From NCBI GenBank assembly GCA_963829055.1, contig CAWHHI010000004.1, positions 96,001-160,000 of the forward strand: a stretch of 64,000 nt of DNA, written 5' to 3'. Positions 31,384 through 43,933 of the stretch are shown here, piece by piece; positions within the stretch are counted from its first letter, which is position 1, and every line of letters begins with the position of its first letter. The position numbers and the translations under genes are program-made. The notes under the pieces are model-generated. The model had not been told where the DNA came from. It saw nothing but the letters and a program-made list of their open reading frames with translations, and did no database searches. The stretch is from an uncultured Gemmatimonadaceae bacterium. GTDB lineage: Bacteria > Gemmatimonadota > Gemmatimonadetes > Gemmatimonadales > Gemmatimonadaceae.

Positions 31384-32297
31384 CTAACGGTTTGCCGGAT
31401 CGGCGCTCAGCAGAACGATGCCCTCGGCGAGTCGCGGCCGCCACCATTCCGGGCCGTGATTGCCGCCGGGCACTTCCGTGTATGTGACGTCGTACCGCTT
31501 CGCGCGCAGGGCATCGCGGAAGCGACGCGTCGCCTCGAGGAAATTCGGACCTGAGCCGCCGAGCGTCGCGTGGTCCTCGAGCGCTCCGACGTCGAGCGCG
31601 AATCGTACCGGTTTGTGCTCGGCGCTCTGGTCACCTGCGTCGTCAGCCACTCGAACGGCGCGTCATTCGGACCCTCCGCACCGCGCCAGAACGCGCCGCT
31701 CTGGGACCACACGTTGCCGAACAGATCGGGGTGCACGAATGCGACGTACGCTGCGCCAAGGCCGCCAGCACTCGACCCGGTGACGATGACCTGGTGAGGG
31801 TCGCCGCGACGTGCCAGCCCTTCCGGACCCAGGGCATGAGTTGCTTCGCCAGGAAGTCGGACATGCGCTGGGCGTTCGCGAGGTCGGCTATCCGAATCGC
31901 GCCGTCGGAGTTGTCGATGAGCACGGCGACGAACGCAGGGGCACGCTTCGCGGCCAGCAGCGAGTCGAGCACCGCGGCAGCGGCATCGTGTCCGGTACTC
32001 GTGCCGTCGAACGCGATCAGGAGCGGATAGGCGGCGCGTGTGGCGTCGTATCCCGGCGGCGTGTAGACCCAGCAGGCGTGCGGTCGGACGGTCGCGCGAT
32101 CATAGCGCCGGCGGCGAGTAATCCCACATGCGGCGCGGCCGGCGGTATGCGGAGCGAACACCAGCGTCTGCGCGTTCGAGGCTTCCCGAGGCGGACGCCA
32201 GACCGGTCGCCGGCGGTGGTGCCACTGCTACGGGCGACGAGAGGCGCCAGCGACGGGCAAGCGCCACTGCGGCCAACAACGCGCATATCTGCGACAT
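31384..32297 (-). pseudogene. Enterochelin-esterase-like alpha/beta hydrolase, multiply frameshifted
   Basis: WVYTPPGY, GSSAGG, HPDLFGNVWSQSG and EVPGGNH in different frames; GGAGG RBS. May be intact if the indels are read errors. Confidence 0.75.
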
Positions 32298-32428
32298 GCC
32301 TCCGCGAATGGGTCGCTGAGATCTGGCGGTCTCACGCGTGCGGCCGGTATGGGTCTGGTCCTTGCCCTCGCTTCTGCGCACAGGTCGATCATGCGGCGTC
32401 GCTGTGACTCGTAGCGAGGAGGTTGTAG

Positions 32429-32605
32429 ATGTCGGAACGCAGGATCACTCACAATGGTCGCGATACATCTGGGAACTTCAGGGTGAAGCAGGTCGACGTC
32501 GATGACGTGACCACCGATCCGGATGGCGTTGACGTGATGCGCGATGATGTCCGCCTCGGCGGCGCCGTGGAAGATACGGGCTCGACGGCCGGCGTCTCGC
32601 GGTGA
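32429..32605 (+). CDS. Small acidic protein, 58 aa (absent from the ORF track)
   Basis: GAGGAGG RBS, then ATG: MSERRITHNGRDTSGNFRVKQVDVDDVTTDPDGVDVMRDDVRLGGAVEDTGSTAGVSR. Confidence 0.5.
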   Translation: MSERRITHNGRDTSGNFRVKQVDVDDVTTDPDGVDVMRDDVRLGGAVEDTGSTAGVSR

Positions 32606-32696
32606 GCACATTGGCGAGTTGGTACAGGAGAACCGCGAGGATGGGCTCGCGAAGGCGACGGGTAGCCCGCGACCGAAGCGGAAACGCTGATCGGCC

Positions 32697-32795
32697 GTCA
32701 TTCCGAGCGAATGAAGCGACTGAGGTCCGATATATCGGAAGGACTCTCTAGTCGGCCGATTCCTTGAGTCCGCCCTCGCGGCGACTCGGAATGAC
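32697..32795. repeat. REP-like element (family A variant)
   Basis: GTCATTCCGAG...CTCGGAATGAC. Confidence 0.75.
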
Positions 32796-32837
32796 ATCGC
32801 TCCTTCCTCCGGCCTCCTTCCCAAGGCCTCGATGTCG

Positions 32838-33322
32838 TTAGGCCGCCCGTCCTCGCACCACCGCCGTGAACTCCGCGCTCACGGCCACACGATCAGACAC
32901 CGTCGCGACACCCTTGAGCTTCGCGACACCGCGGCGGAAGCCACACCAGTTCCACCGACAACAGCAGCGTGTCGCCGGCCCGCGGGAGCGTGCGAAAGCG
33001 CACGCGCTGCGCCGACGCGAAGTAGCCGATCGCGCCGGAGATTCCGTCGAGCAGCCCAACAAGGACGCCGGCACTCGTCTGTGCGAGTGCTTCGACCACC
33101 AGCAGGCCAGGCATTTCCGGATTCGCCGCGGTCGACGCAACGCCGAACCACTCGCCCCCGTCACGCGCTTGAGGCCGAGTGCACGCCGGCCCGGCTCGAC
33201 GATGCGCAGTCGATCGACGAGCAGGAACGGAAACCGGTGCGCGAGCACGCCAAGCACGTCGATCGCGTCCGCCCACTCACGCTCGTCGACGCCGCTGTGG
33301 CTCGCTACTCATTGCTGCTCAT
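32838..33322 (-). CDS. FabZ-like hotdog-fold dehydratase (frameshifted)
   Basis: LAHRFPFLLVDR, MPGLLVVEALAQ and VRFR..PRAGDTL across two frames; start unresolved. Confidence 0.8.
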
Positions 33323-34038
33323 GGGCCCGTTCCGCCTGTGAAATCGTCAGCTTGCACGTCCGCGAGATGCGCTACCCAACTCTCCGCGACGTCGGCGACT
33401 TCCGTCATCACCTGTGCGTCGTCCCGGCCAGAGCTCTTGAGCACGTGAAAGCTATGGTCCGCGCCCTCGATCCAGTGCATTTGCCAGGATGTGGCGGTCA
33501 CGCGCTACACCGCCGCATTCATGAGATCCGGCGTGCATAACGTGTCCCGGGTGCCGTTGACGCACAGCACCGGGACGCGAATCGACGGCAGGTGCGCGTC
33601 GCGAAGCTGATCGGGCCGGCCAGCGGGATGGAGCGGGTAGGCGAGAAGCAGCAGGCCTGAGCAGTCGAAGCCATCCGCCGCCAGCATGGACGCGGCGCGA
33701 CCGCCCATCGAGCGACCGCCAATGATCAGCGTCGTCGGGTTCAGCTCCTCGCGGACGCGCGCAACCACCGCGGACGTCGTCTCCTTGAGCTTCGGCATGG
33801 GATCGGGACGCCCGGAGCGCTTCTCCTTGTACAGGAAGTTGAAGCGGACGATGTCGAGTCCGCGGCTGCCCAGGGCTCGGGTCACGGCCAGCATGCCCTT
33901 GTCCGCCATGTTGCCGCCGGCGCCATGCGCGCACACGAACACCGTCGACCGATCGCCGCCGGGGGCGGGATCGAATGCAGCGCTCGTCGTCTCATCGCCG
34001 ACCTGCACGCGCCATTCGGCGTGGTTCCCAGACGTCAT
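33319..34038 (-). CDS. Alpha/beta hydrolase (KANSL3/dienelactone-hydrolase-like; frameshift near 33505)
   Basis: AHGAGG, GGRSMGGR, YPLHP and GTRD, then EGADHSF. Confidence 0.88.
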
Positions 34039-34213
34039 CGGGCTCGATTCGTTAGGTGGAGGAAAGGGCTCGGAAGCGCCGCCCAGTCAAAGCTGCGCCG
34101 GAGGGCGCCCGCCTGCCAGTCGCGACGAGTCGTCGTCGGTTGCCTGCGACGCCGATGGACCGCAAGTTGGTGCCGCGTTCCGACGTCTCCAACTCGACCC
34201 TCGCCTCCCGCCA

Positions 34214-35085
34214 ATGCGCCTTCTTTCCGCCGTCCTCCTCGCAGTCCTCGCGCCTGTCGCCTCCGCGCAGCGCCCGCCGAAGATCTTCATCTCCGTCGAC
34301 ATGGAGGGCATTGGCGGCATTGGGACGTCCGCCATGACCAGTCCCACCGGCAAGGACTACGCGTTAGGGCGCAAGTTCATGACGGACGAGGTCAACGCGG
34401 TCATCGGAGCGATCCTGCAGCGCGGGCCGGCCGAGATTCTCGTGAACGACTCGCATGGCGACATGCAGAATCTGCTGAACGACCAGCTCGATCCCCGCGT
34501 CCTGTACAACCAGGGCGCGGTCAAGCCGCTCGGCATGGTCGAAGGCCTCGACTCCACGTACGCCGCCGTGATCTTCCTGGGCTATCACTCGCGCGCGGGA
34601 ACGCCGAACGGCTTCATCGCGCACACGGGGACGGGCGCGGTGAAGGGGCTGTGGCTGAACGACGTCGAGGTCGGGGAAGGGGAGCTCAACGCGGCGTACG
34701 CCGGCTCTGTCGGCGTGCCCGTGATCATGGCTGCGGGCGACTCGGCGTTCGTCGAGCAGTTCACGCGCACGGTGAAGGTCGAGGCGGTCACGACGAAGTA
34801 CGCCAACACGCCGCAATCAGCCAGGCTGATTCACCCGCAGGTCGTCCGCGAGCGCCTCGTCGCCGCGACGGGGCGTGCGTTGGGCGCTCGAGCGAACGCG
34901 AAGCCGTGGGTGATCGGGAAACCGGTGCGGTTCGACTCCGCCTGTCCGACAACACGGTGACCCAGATCCTGCAGGCGATTCCTGGCGTTAGGCAGGTGGA
35001 CGGCTTCACGGTGGAGTTCACCGCGCCCACCATGGGAGATGCCTACCGCCTCATCCGCCTCATGTACCGCTTCGTGACGGTCTGA
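34214..35085 (+). CDS. M55 family D-aminopeptidase (DppA-like; frameshift near 34930)
   Basis: ISVDMEG, VNDSHG, GYHSRAG, AHT and VGEGELN; signal peptide. Confidence 0.9.
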
Positions 35086-35110
35086 TCGCGCGTAGCGGCA
35101 AGCGCTGGCG

Positions 35111-36125
35111 CTAGTTCGCCCGCGTCCACCTGCGTCCATCCCATTCCCACGTGTCGCTCACGACGCGTCCGTCATTGTTTCCACCGAAGAGAACCGTCCT
35201 GTCGCGGACAGGATCGTACGCCATGGCGTGTAGTGAACGCTTGCCTGGTGTGACGCCCGTCAACGCGATCCGCGACCAGCGACGGCCATCCCACTTCCAC
35301 ATGTCATCGAACTGCTGCGATCGTGTTTCGCCGCCGTAGAGCAGGACGACGCCGGCTCGACTGTCGAACGCCATCGCATGTCGATCGCGTGGAGACGGAC
35401 CCGCGTCGCTGAGTTTGCGCCACGACGCACCGTCCCAGCCCCACGTGTCACCGTAGTTAGGCTGCTCCCGACGTTCGCCTACCGGCGCTCCGACGCCGCC
35501 GAACATCACGCACCTGTCGGCGTGCAGCATCGAATACCATCGCCGCGACGCGTCCGAGCGGCCCGCTCGTTCCGACCTGACGCCACGCTGTCCCGTCCCA
35601 TTCCCAGGTGTCGGTCGCCCACGGGCCAGGCCGCCGAGGAAAGGGCCCGCCGCCGTACATCACGGTTCGGCCTCGTGCCGCATCGTAGGCCATCATGTGG
35701 TGATCGCGCGCTCCAGCGCTGGTATCGCGCATCTCCGTCCAACTCTGCCCGTCCCACTCCCATGTGTCGGGCGTGATCCGCTCGTCGCGACCGACGCGTC
35801 CGCTGAACGAAACGATGCGGTCGCGTCTCGAGTCGTACACGGCGGCGCTCGCGTATCGGCCCGTCGGTCCCGTGCTCGGGATGAGTGCCCAGGCGCGTCC
35901 ATCCCAAATCCAGATCTCGCTGTGTTCCGGACGCACCGCGCTGTACGTCCCGTCGAGCAGCACGAGTTTGCGCAACCGGTCGTGGAAGAGAAGCGCGGGT
36001 TGACTTCTCGGCCCGGGCTGCGCTGCGCCCTGCGCCTTCTCGGCCCGCTGGGCACTCGGCAACACAGCGTTAGGCGCCGAGCCGGCGAGGAAAACCAGCG
36101 CGGCGAGCAACGCGACGCGTGTCAT
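35111..36125 (-). CDS. Secreted Kelch-repeat protein (frameshift near 35520)
   Basis: Repeated MAYD...VLFGG...DTWEWDG units. Confidence 0.85.
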
Positions 36126-38822
36126 CAGCCGGCCATGAGCGCCGCCAACTGCTCCAGCACTCTGGTGAGGTCAGGTGTCTCGGTGAGCACGGGGAGCATC
36201 GGGTCCGTTCCGAACCGTTCCATGCGATCGAGCGCGGTCTTGATCGTGAACGCGCGCGGGTCGAGCGACTGATCGACTTCGTCCCACACGAGCGGCATCG
36301 AGACCGTCGCGCCCGGCAGCGGCCGCACGCTGAACGGCGCGACGATCAGCTGGCCGTGCCGGTTCTGTAGATAGTCGAGGTAGACCTTGTCGCCGCGCTT
36401 CGTGACGTGACGCGTGATCGTCGCGATGTCGCCGACCTCGCGGAGCATCACGCGCGCGAGCAGCTCGCCGAGCGTGCGCGACTGCGCGTACGTGAGCTGG
36501 CGGCCGAGCGGCAGCAGGATGTGCAGGCCGGTCTTGCCCGTCGTCTTCACGTAACTCGGCAGCCCGATCGATTCGCAGATCCGGTGCAGCACCTGCGCGC
36601 AGCGGATGACGTCGGAGAACGGCGCTTCCTTCGGATCGAGATCGATCACGCACCAGTCGGGCTGCTCGAGCGACCCGACTCGGCTGTCCCAGATGTGCAG
36701 CGGGATCGCAGCCGAGGTTGGCGATGTAGAGCGAGCGACTCGACGTCGTCGCAGACGAAGTACTTGATGTCGCGCTGCGTGTCGTCGCTCCAGATCGGGA
36801 TCGTGCGAATCCACTCGGGCGCGAATTCCGGCGCGTCCTTCTGGTAGAACGACTTGCCGTCGATGCCGTCGGGAAATCGCGTCAGCACGAGCGGGCGATT
36901 GCGCAGGTACGGCAGGATCCACGGCGAGATCGACTGGTAGTAGTCGATCAGGTCGCCCTTCGTGTATCGTTCGGCGGGCCAGAAGATCTTGTTCAGGTTC
37001 GAGAATGTTGACCGTCTTCTGGATCGAGGGCCTTGGCGGCGCCGGAGCCTCGGCGATGCGTTCGACGTCGAGCGATGCCGGTGCGGCATCGCCACTGTCC
37101 ACGGCGTTCGGCTCCGGCTCATCGGGCTTGGAGCCGGTCGCGACGCCCCACTCCTGACGCTCGCACTCGTGCGGGCGCTTGTCGGTCCGCATGCGGAGGA
37201 ACGCGGCGTGGCGGAGCACGCCGTCGGGCGTCCACTCGCGAAATCGCACTTCGCACGACGTGCACCGGCTCGACCCACGTCGTCGTCTTCGTCTCGGGGA
37301 TCTGATCGCTGCGCAACGGCTCCGCGCCCGGCGCGAGCACGGGGCCGTGACACGGCGGATCGCGTCGCACGATCGGATCGAGCATGCGCGCAGCTCGCGC
37401 AGCAGCGCGTCGTTGAAGCCCGTGCCGACTCGGCCGGCGTAGACGAGCGCGCCGTTCACCTAGTCGGCGAGCTGCAGCGCGCCGAGCCCGTTGCGCGACT
37501 GCCCTTCGGTTCGCGTGAATCCGACGATCACGAAGTCGCCGGTGCACTCCGCCTTGATCTTGAGCCACTGTCCGAGCGGCCACCGCGATATGGCGCGTCG
37601 GCCTTCTTCGCGATGATTCCCTCGAGGCCGAGCGACGTCGACCTGCGCGAGGAACGCCTCGCCCTCGCGCTCGATGTGATCGAGGTCGCGGACCGCGCCG
37701 AGCTTCGGGACGAGCTCCGCCAGCAGTTCCTTGCGTCGCGTGAGCGGGAGCGGACGAAGGTCGAAGTCCTCGAACGCGATGAGGTCGAACGCGAAGAACG
37801 TCGCCGGCAGCTCGACGGCCGCGCGCTTCACGTCGAGCGGCGACGAGATGCGCCCGCGCTGCTGCAGGCAGCGAGAAGCTCGGCATGCCCTGCGCGTCGA
37901 GCACGACGACTTCGCCGTCGATGATGCACGACGTCGAACGGCAGCGCCTTGACCGCGCGCGCGATCTCGGGAAAGACGTCGGTGTAGTCGTTGCCGTTTC
38001 GCGTGAGCAGCAGCGCTTCGCCGCCGCGACTTGCCGGCGATGAGCCGATAGCCGTCGAGCTTGAGCTCGAACAGCCAGCCGTCGCGCGTGAACGCGTCGT
38101 CCGCCGACTCGGCCAGCATGGGCTTCGATGGTCCTGCGGGTCGACGCGCGCGCGCGGCGCGCCGGCTGTCCTCGATCGCCGCACGCACCTGCGCGACGGG
38201 CGTCTGTCCGGCTTTGACCTCGTCGACGGTGAGGCCGGAGAGGACGGACTCCTCGGGGAAGACGTCGCCCGGCGACTTAACGAACGCGTCGCGCTCCTTG
38301 ATCAGCAGCCATTCCTTCTCGCTCTTCTTGATCTTCACGAGCGTCCACTTGCCGTGGAGCTTGTAGCCCTTGAGCTCGAACAGGAGCTTCCCCTTCTCGA
38401 GCCCCTCGCGCCAATCCTCGAGCGGGACCCACTCGCCGCGATCCCACACGATGATCCCGCCGGCGCCGTAGTTGCCGGCCGGGAATGATTCCCTCGAAGT
38501 CGCCGTACTCGAGCGGGTGGTCCTCGACCTTCACGGCGAGCCGCTTGTCGTTCATGTCGTACGACGGCCCCTTCGGAACGGCCCACGATCGGAGGACGCC
38601 GTCCATCTCGAGACGCAGGTCGAAGTGCAGCTGCCGCGCGGCGTGCTTGTGGACGACGAAGAGACGCCCGGGTACGGGCGATACGGTCCCGACGGGCTCG
38701 GGCGAGCTGTCGGGGGATCGTTTCGCGCGGTAGGTGCTGAGGCTGTCGGTCGCCTGCTCCGGTTGATTCTTCGCGGTCCGCGTCGTCAGAGTCGCCGCTG
38801 CGCGCTGACGAATCATGGTCAT
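36125..38822 (-). CDS. ligD: LigD NHEJ ligase (PE-LIG-POL), several frameshifts
   Basis: [84 protein letters not shown]. Confidence 0.92.
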
Positions 38823-38945
38823 GCTGCAGCTCGTAGGCTGCCGCCGATCGTTCGACAAAAATGTGTCGCCTTTCCTTCGGTGCGAACACTTTACGCTCGG
38901 CAGTAGCTTCTCGAACGACCTCTCGACCACCCAAATCCGACGCTC

Positions 38946-39764
38946 ATGGCCGCTCGATCCATCGGCACCGCCACCATCTCGTTCGGGCTCGTCTCGGTGC
39001 CCGTCAACCTGTACTCCTCGTCGGAGTCGAAGTCGAGCGTGTCGTTCAACATGCTCCACAAGAAGTGCGGCTCGCGACTGAAGCAGCAGTACATCTGCCC
39101 GAAGGACAACGAGGTCGTGACCCGCGACGATACGAGCAAGGGGTACGAGTTCGCGAAAGACCAGTACGTGGTCTTCACGCGCTGAAGAGCTCAAGGCGCT
39201 CGAGGAGAAGGCGACGAGCACGATCGACGTCATCGAGTTCGTGCCGCTCGTCGACGGTCGATCGCGAGTACCTCGAGAAGGTCTACTACCTCGGTCCCGA
39301 CAAGGGCGGCGATCGCGCCTATCGCCTGCTCGCCGAGGCGCTCAAGGACACCGGACGCGCCGCGTTAGGGCAGTACGCCGCGCGCGGACAGCAGCACCTC
39401 GTGCTGCTCCGCCCGCTGAACGGCGTACTGGTGATGGAGCAGCTCCACTACGCGGACGAGGTGCGCTCCGACGACCGAAGTGCCGGTGCCCGCGGGCGAA
39501 GTCGCCGCGAAGGAGCTGGCGCTCGCGAAGCAGCTCATCGAGCAGACGGCGACCGACGTGTTCGAGCCCGCCAAGTTCAAGGACACGGTGCGCGAGCGCG
39601 TGATGGAAACGATCCAGCGCAAGGTCGACGGGCAGGACATCACGGCCGACGTCACGCCGGACGGCGGCGGCAAGATCATCGACCTCATGGAAGCGCTGAA
39701 GGCGAGCCTGGCGAAAACGTCGGCTGTCGTCGAGGAGGACGAGCTCAAAGTCAAAGCTTCATGA
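38946..39764 (+). CDS. ku: Ku NHEJ DNA end-binding protein (frameshifts near 39180, 39260 and 39470)
   Basis: [28 protein letters not shown] and [12 protein letters not shown]. Confidence 0.92.
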
Positions 39765-40532
39765 ACACTTCTGGTCGGCACGAGCGGGTTCGCGTTCAAG
39801 GAGTGGAAGGGCTCGTTCTACCCGAGCGACCTCAAGGACGACGCGATGCTCGGCTACTACTCGGGCCGGTATCCGACGGTCGAGATCAACAACACGTTCT
39901 ACCGCCTGCCGAAGGAGCACGTGCTGCTGGACTGGGCGTCGCAGGTGCCCGACCAGTTCACGTTCGCGATCAAGGCGAGCCAGCGCATCACGCATTACGC
40001 GCGCCTCAAGGCCGGCGCGGCGGACGCGCTGGGGTTTCTGTTGAAGAACACGGCGTCGTTAGGCGACCGCCTCGGCCCGATCCTGTTTCAGTTACCGCCG
40101 AATCTCCAGAAGGACATCGACCGGCTCCGCGCGTTCGTCGCGCTCTTGCCGGCGGATCGTCGGTTCACGATCGAGTTCCGGCACGAGAGCTGGTTCGACG
40201 AGGAGACGTTCGACGCGCTTCGCGCTCGCGACATCGCGTTATGCGTCTCCGAGTCGGCGGACGTCGTCTGTCCGAGAGTCGCCACTGCGTCCTGGGGTTA
40301 TCTGCGCCTCCATCGCCAGGACTACACGGATCCGATGCTCGCCGAGTGGCAGCAGTACGTCGCGGCGCAGCCGTGGAAGGACACGTACGTGTTCTTCAAA
40401 CACGATTACATCGATGGCGCGGGTCCGCTCGCGGTGGAGCGCTTCGTGGGAATGATCGGTTCGGCGCCGCCACTCGTTAGGGCTGTGGATGCCGTGCTTC
40501 CGAGCGCAGTGTCGGGTCCAGTGCGCGCCTAA
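39761..40532 (+). CDS. DUF72 (YecE-like) protein; 5' indel near 39768
   Basis: VGTSGF...WKGSFYP, TVEINNTFY, LFQLPP, EFRH and YLRLH; ATG overlaps the ku stop. Confidence 0.9.
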
Positions 40533-40553
40533 CGATTTTGTGCTTCTGGATCG

Positions 40554-40884
40554 TCGCGCCGCGGTCGGTGGGAACTACGATTTGGCGGATGACACGGAAA
40601 ACGGCCGGATACAACTTTGCATTGACGCTGGCTCTCGCCGGACTCTGAAATGAATGGGAACGGCCGCTCGGGAGACTCCTGCGTCCCGAGCGGCCGTTCC
40701 CAAGAATCCCGGCTCGTTGCGCGAGGAGTCGTCCGTGCCAATGTGCTATCCTGCTTCTTCCGCGTCATCCGCGAAATCGCCGTTCCCCGAGGCCGTGGCG
40801 CGATAACGCATGAATGCAGAGCAGTATCCGGCAGTTTCGCAGTACAGATCCGCCCAATCGTAGTTCCCACCGACCCCGGCGCGA
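40554..40884. repeat. Nested palindromic intergenic element related to families B/C
   Basis: Outer GGTCGGTGGGAACTACGATT.GGCGGAT / ATCCGCCCAATCGTAGTTCCCACCGACC; inner hairpin GGGAACGGCCGCTCGGGA...TCCCGAGCGGCCGTTCCC. Confidence 0.8.
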
Positions 40885-40891
40885 TCAAGTC

Positions 40892-43859
40892 TCAGTGCAC
40901 GGCCGTATCCGATCGCTTCACTGAGATCGGCGTCAATCCCATCTCATCGAGGAAGCGGTGACCACCCGTCGGGGTTCCGCGACGCACCGCCACCCTGGAG
41001 AGCACGAGACGGTCCTTCGCGCGCGTCATGCCGACGTACAGCAGCCGCCTCGCTTCTTCGACCTCGCCCGGCGTCGACTCCATCCCCGACGGCGGACGGC
41101 CCGGCAGTTGTGCGTCCTCCACGCCCACCACGTACACGCGCGAGAACTCCAGGCCCTTCGTCGAGTGGAGCGTGAGGAGATTGACTCGATCACGGTCGAC
41201 GTCGATGCCATCGCCCCTCGCCGACAGCGTCACGCGCTCGAGGAACGTCGCGATCTGTGACTGCAGCGCACCGTTGCCGACATTGCTGATGAGGCGCCGC
41301 AGCCGCAGCATCGTCGACGGGTACCGTTCGTACGCGGTCTTCTCCGTGCGGATCTTCACCATCAGCTTGGTGCCGCCCAGCGATTCGATGACATCGTCGA
41401 CGCCGGGAAGTGACTCATCGCCGCCGCACTCGCGCTCGTAGAGCTCGAGGCACGAGCTGTACCGGCCTAACGCGTACGGCACGCAGAACTCGCGAAAGAG
41501 CAGGGCTTCCGCACACAGTGTCGCGCGGTCCGACAACGCGAGGCCGAGGCCAACGAGATCCAGCAGGTTGACGAGCGCAGTCTTTCGCGCTCGCTGCAGC
41601 TTGAGCGCACCGAGCGCGAGGAAGACGTGCGCGAGCGTCCGTGCGTCGTCGAGCGCGCGGTGAGACTTGCCCGAATCGATGCCGAGCACGCGCGCGAGCT
41701 CCGACAGCTTGCGGCTCGTCCGGAAGAGATCGCGCGCGAGCGGCAGCGAGTCGTAGGTGCAGAGCTCGAACCGTTTACCCATCGCGCGGACCATCCGGCT
41801 CAGGATCGGGAAGTCGAAGCCGTAGCCGTTGTGCGCGACGATGATGTCGTCGCCGCAGAAGAGCGCGACCTTCGCCCAGATGTCCGCGAACCGTGGCGCC
41901 ATCGCGACGTCGACATTTCGAATGCCGTGCGTGTCCACTGCGCCGGCGGTGATCGGCACGTCCGGCTTCACGAGCGTGCTGAACGTGTCGACGATCTGCC
42001 CGTTCCGCACGCGCACCGCGGCGATCTCCACCACCTCGGCCAGCTCGAGGTCTCTGTCGGTCGTCTCGATGTCAATGGCGGTGAAGTCGCGAAACGCGTC
42101 GGACGCGTCGCCGATCTCGAGCATCTGCGCGGCCTTGAACGCGCCGAGCACGAGTCCGAGCGACGGTGTGTCGTTAGGCGACAGCAGGTTCGTCGGCCTG
42201 CGCAGGCTCGGCGACGACGCGCGCCGTCACACCGACGTGCGTCGAGCATCGCCTTGACCGCGATCTCCACGCCGCCCAGGCGGGGGAGGTCGATGTAGCG
42301 GTCACCGACGCGAGCGGCGCGAAGACGCTCCGCCAGCTTCACGACGTCGGCGTGGTCGGCCGGATCGCTCAGCTCGTCGTGCCGTTCCTCGAGCGGTGAT
42401 CGAGGCTTCACGTTCTGCGACAACACTTCGGCAACGAGGGCGTCGAGCGACACGTGCGCGCGCTCGATCGCCGTCAGGTTGCGATACCGCGAGAGGGCGA
42501 GTCGGATCCGCCGGCCTCTCGCGTCTCCCTTGGGAAGCCGCTTCCCCATCTCCGTGAGCTCGCGCGCGAAGTCGCGCTTGCTCGCCTGGGCTCGTACGCG
42601 CACGTCGTTCACGAGCGGAGCCGGTAGTGTGGCGGCGAAGAACGCCTCACGCACGATCGGGTCGCCCGGGTACGCGATCACGCGGAGCGCCGCGAGCACG
42701 TAGGAGACGACAGGCTCCTCCGACAGCGCGCGTCCATGCGCCAGGCGGCACGCGATGCCCGCGTTGAGGAGCGCCGCCTCGAGCTCGTCGCCGATCTCGT
42801 GCTTCCGGTAGAGCAGAGCGATCTCGCCCAGACCGAGGGCGTGTTCGCCGCGGTCGCGGACGATGTCGCTCACGAGCCACGCGACCTCCTCATCTTCCGA
42901 GTCGAAGTGAAGCACGTCGACGCCGAACGGCGACGTCCGATCGGCCTGCGGTATCTCGCGGTTCTCGAAGATCGACGGGTTGAGCTTGATGAGCCGGCGG
43001 GCGAGATCGAAGATGTGGCCCGGACAGCGGCGATTCTCGCGCGAGGTAGACCGGACTCGTTATGCCGAAGTCGTTGACGAAGCTCTTGAACGCGCGCGGG
43101 TCAGCGCCCGCCCACGCATAGATCGACTGTTCGTCGTCGCCGACGGCGAACACGTGGCGATGGTCGCGCGCGAGCGCGTGGATGACGCGATACTGCAGCG
43201 GGATTGAGATCCTGGAACTCGTCGACGAGCAGCACGCTCCACCGCGCCCGGATCTCGTCGGCGGCGGGCGATTTCTCGAGCAGCTCCGCGGCCTTCACGA
43301 CGAGCGTGTCGAAGTCGACGACGTTGCGTCCGGCGAGGAACTCCTCGTAGCGGACGAAGATCTTCGCGTCGTCGGGGTAGAGCTGATCGCCGCGGAGACG
43401 GTGCACGGAGAATCGCGTCAGCAGCTTGCGATGCCGCTGCGCGTTCCGGTCGAGGCGCCGCAGGACGATGCGCTGATACTCGTCGTCGGCGATGCCGAAC
43501 CCGCTCCCGAGCTGCACGTGCGCCCCGTACTCCCGCAGCAACTCGGCGCAGAACGCATGCAGCGTGCGTCGCTTGACACCTTCGCCGCGCGCGCCGAGCT
43601 GGCGGGCGAGTCGCGACGCGATCTCGTCGGCGGCCTTGTTCGTGAACGTGAACGCACAGATGCGAGCGGGTTCGATGCCCAGCTCGTCGATGAGATAGCG
43701 GATGCGTTCGATGAGGCAGAACGTCTTCCCGGCGCCGGGCCCCGCGAGCACGAGGGCTGGTCCGGGCGGTGCCTGAATGGCCTTGCGCTGCGACTCCGAC
43801 GGGATGTGCGGCGGCAGCGCGAACGTCAGCGGGGTGCGAGCGATCTCGGAGACGGCCAC
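40892..43859 (-). CDS. UvrD/Rep helicase with inserted DEDDh (DnaQ-like) exonuclease, frameshifted
   Basis: AGPGAGKT, TFTNKAA, VDEFQD, VGDDEQSIY, TLHSTKGLEF and EARRLLYVGMTRAK; exonuclease motifs DIETT, AHNGYGFD and HRALDDA. Confidence 0.9.
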
Positions 43860-43933
43860 GCGCCGAATCTAGTCGGCGGACGGCCATCGGACGAGCCGTT
43901 TTAGCTCCTCGTGGCGCGAAAGGTTGCGGGCGC

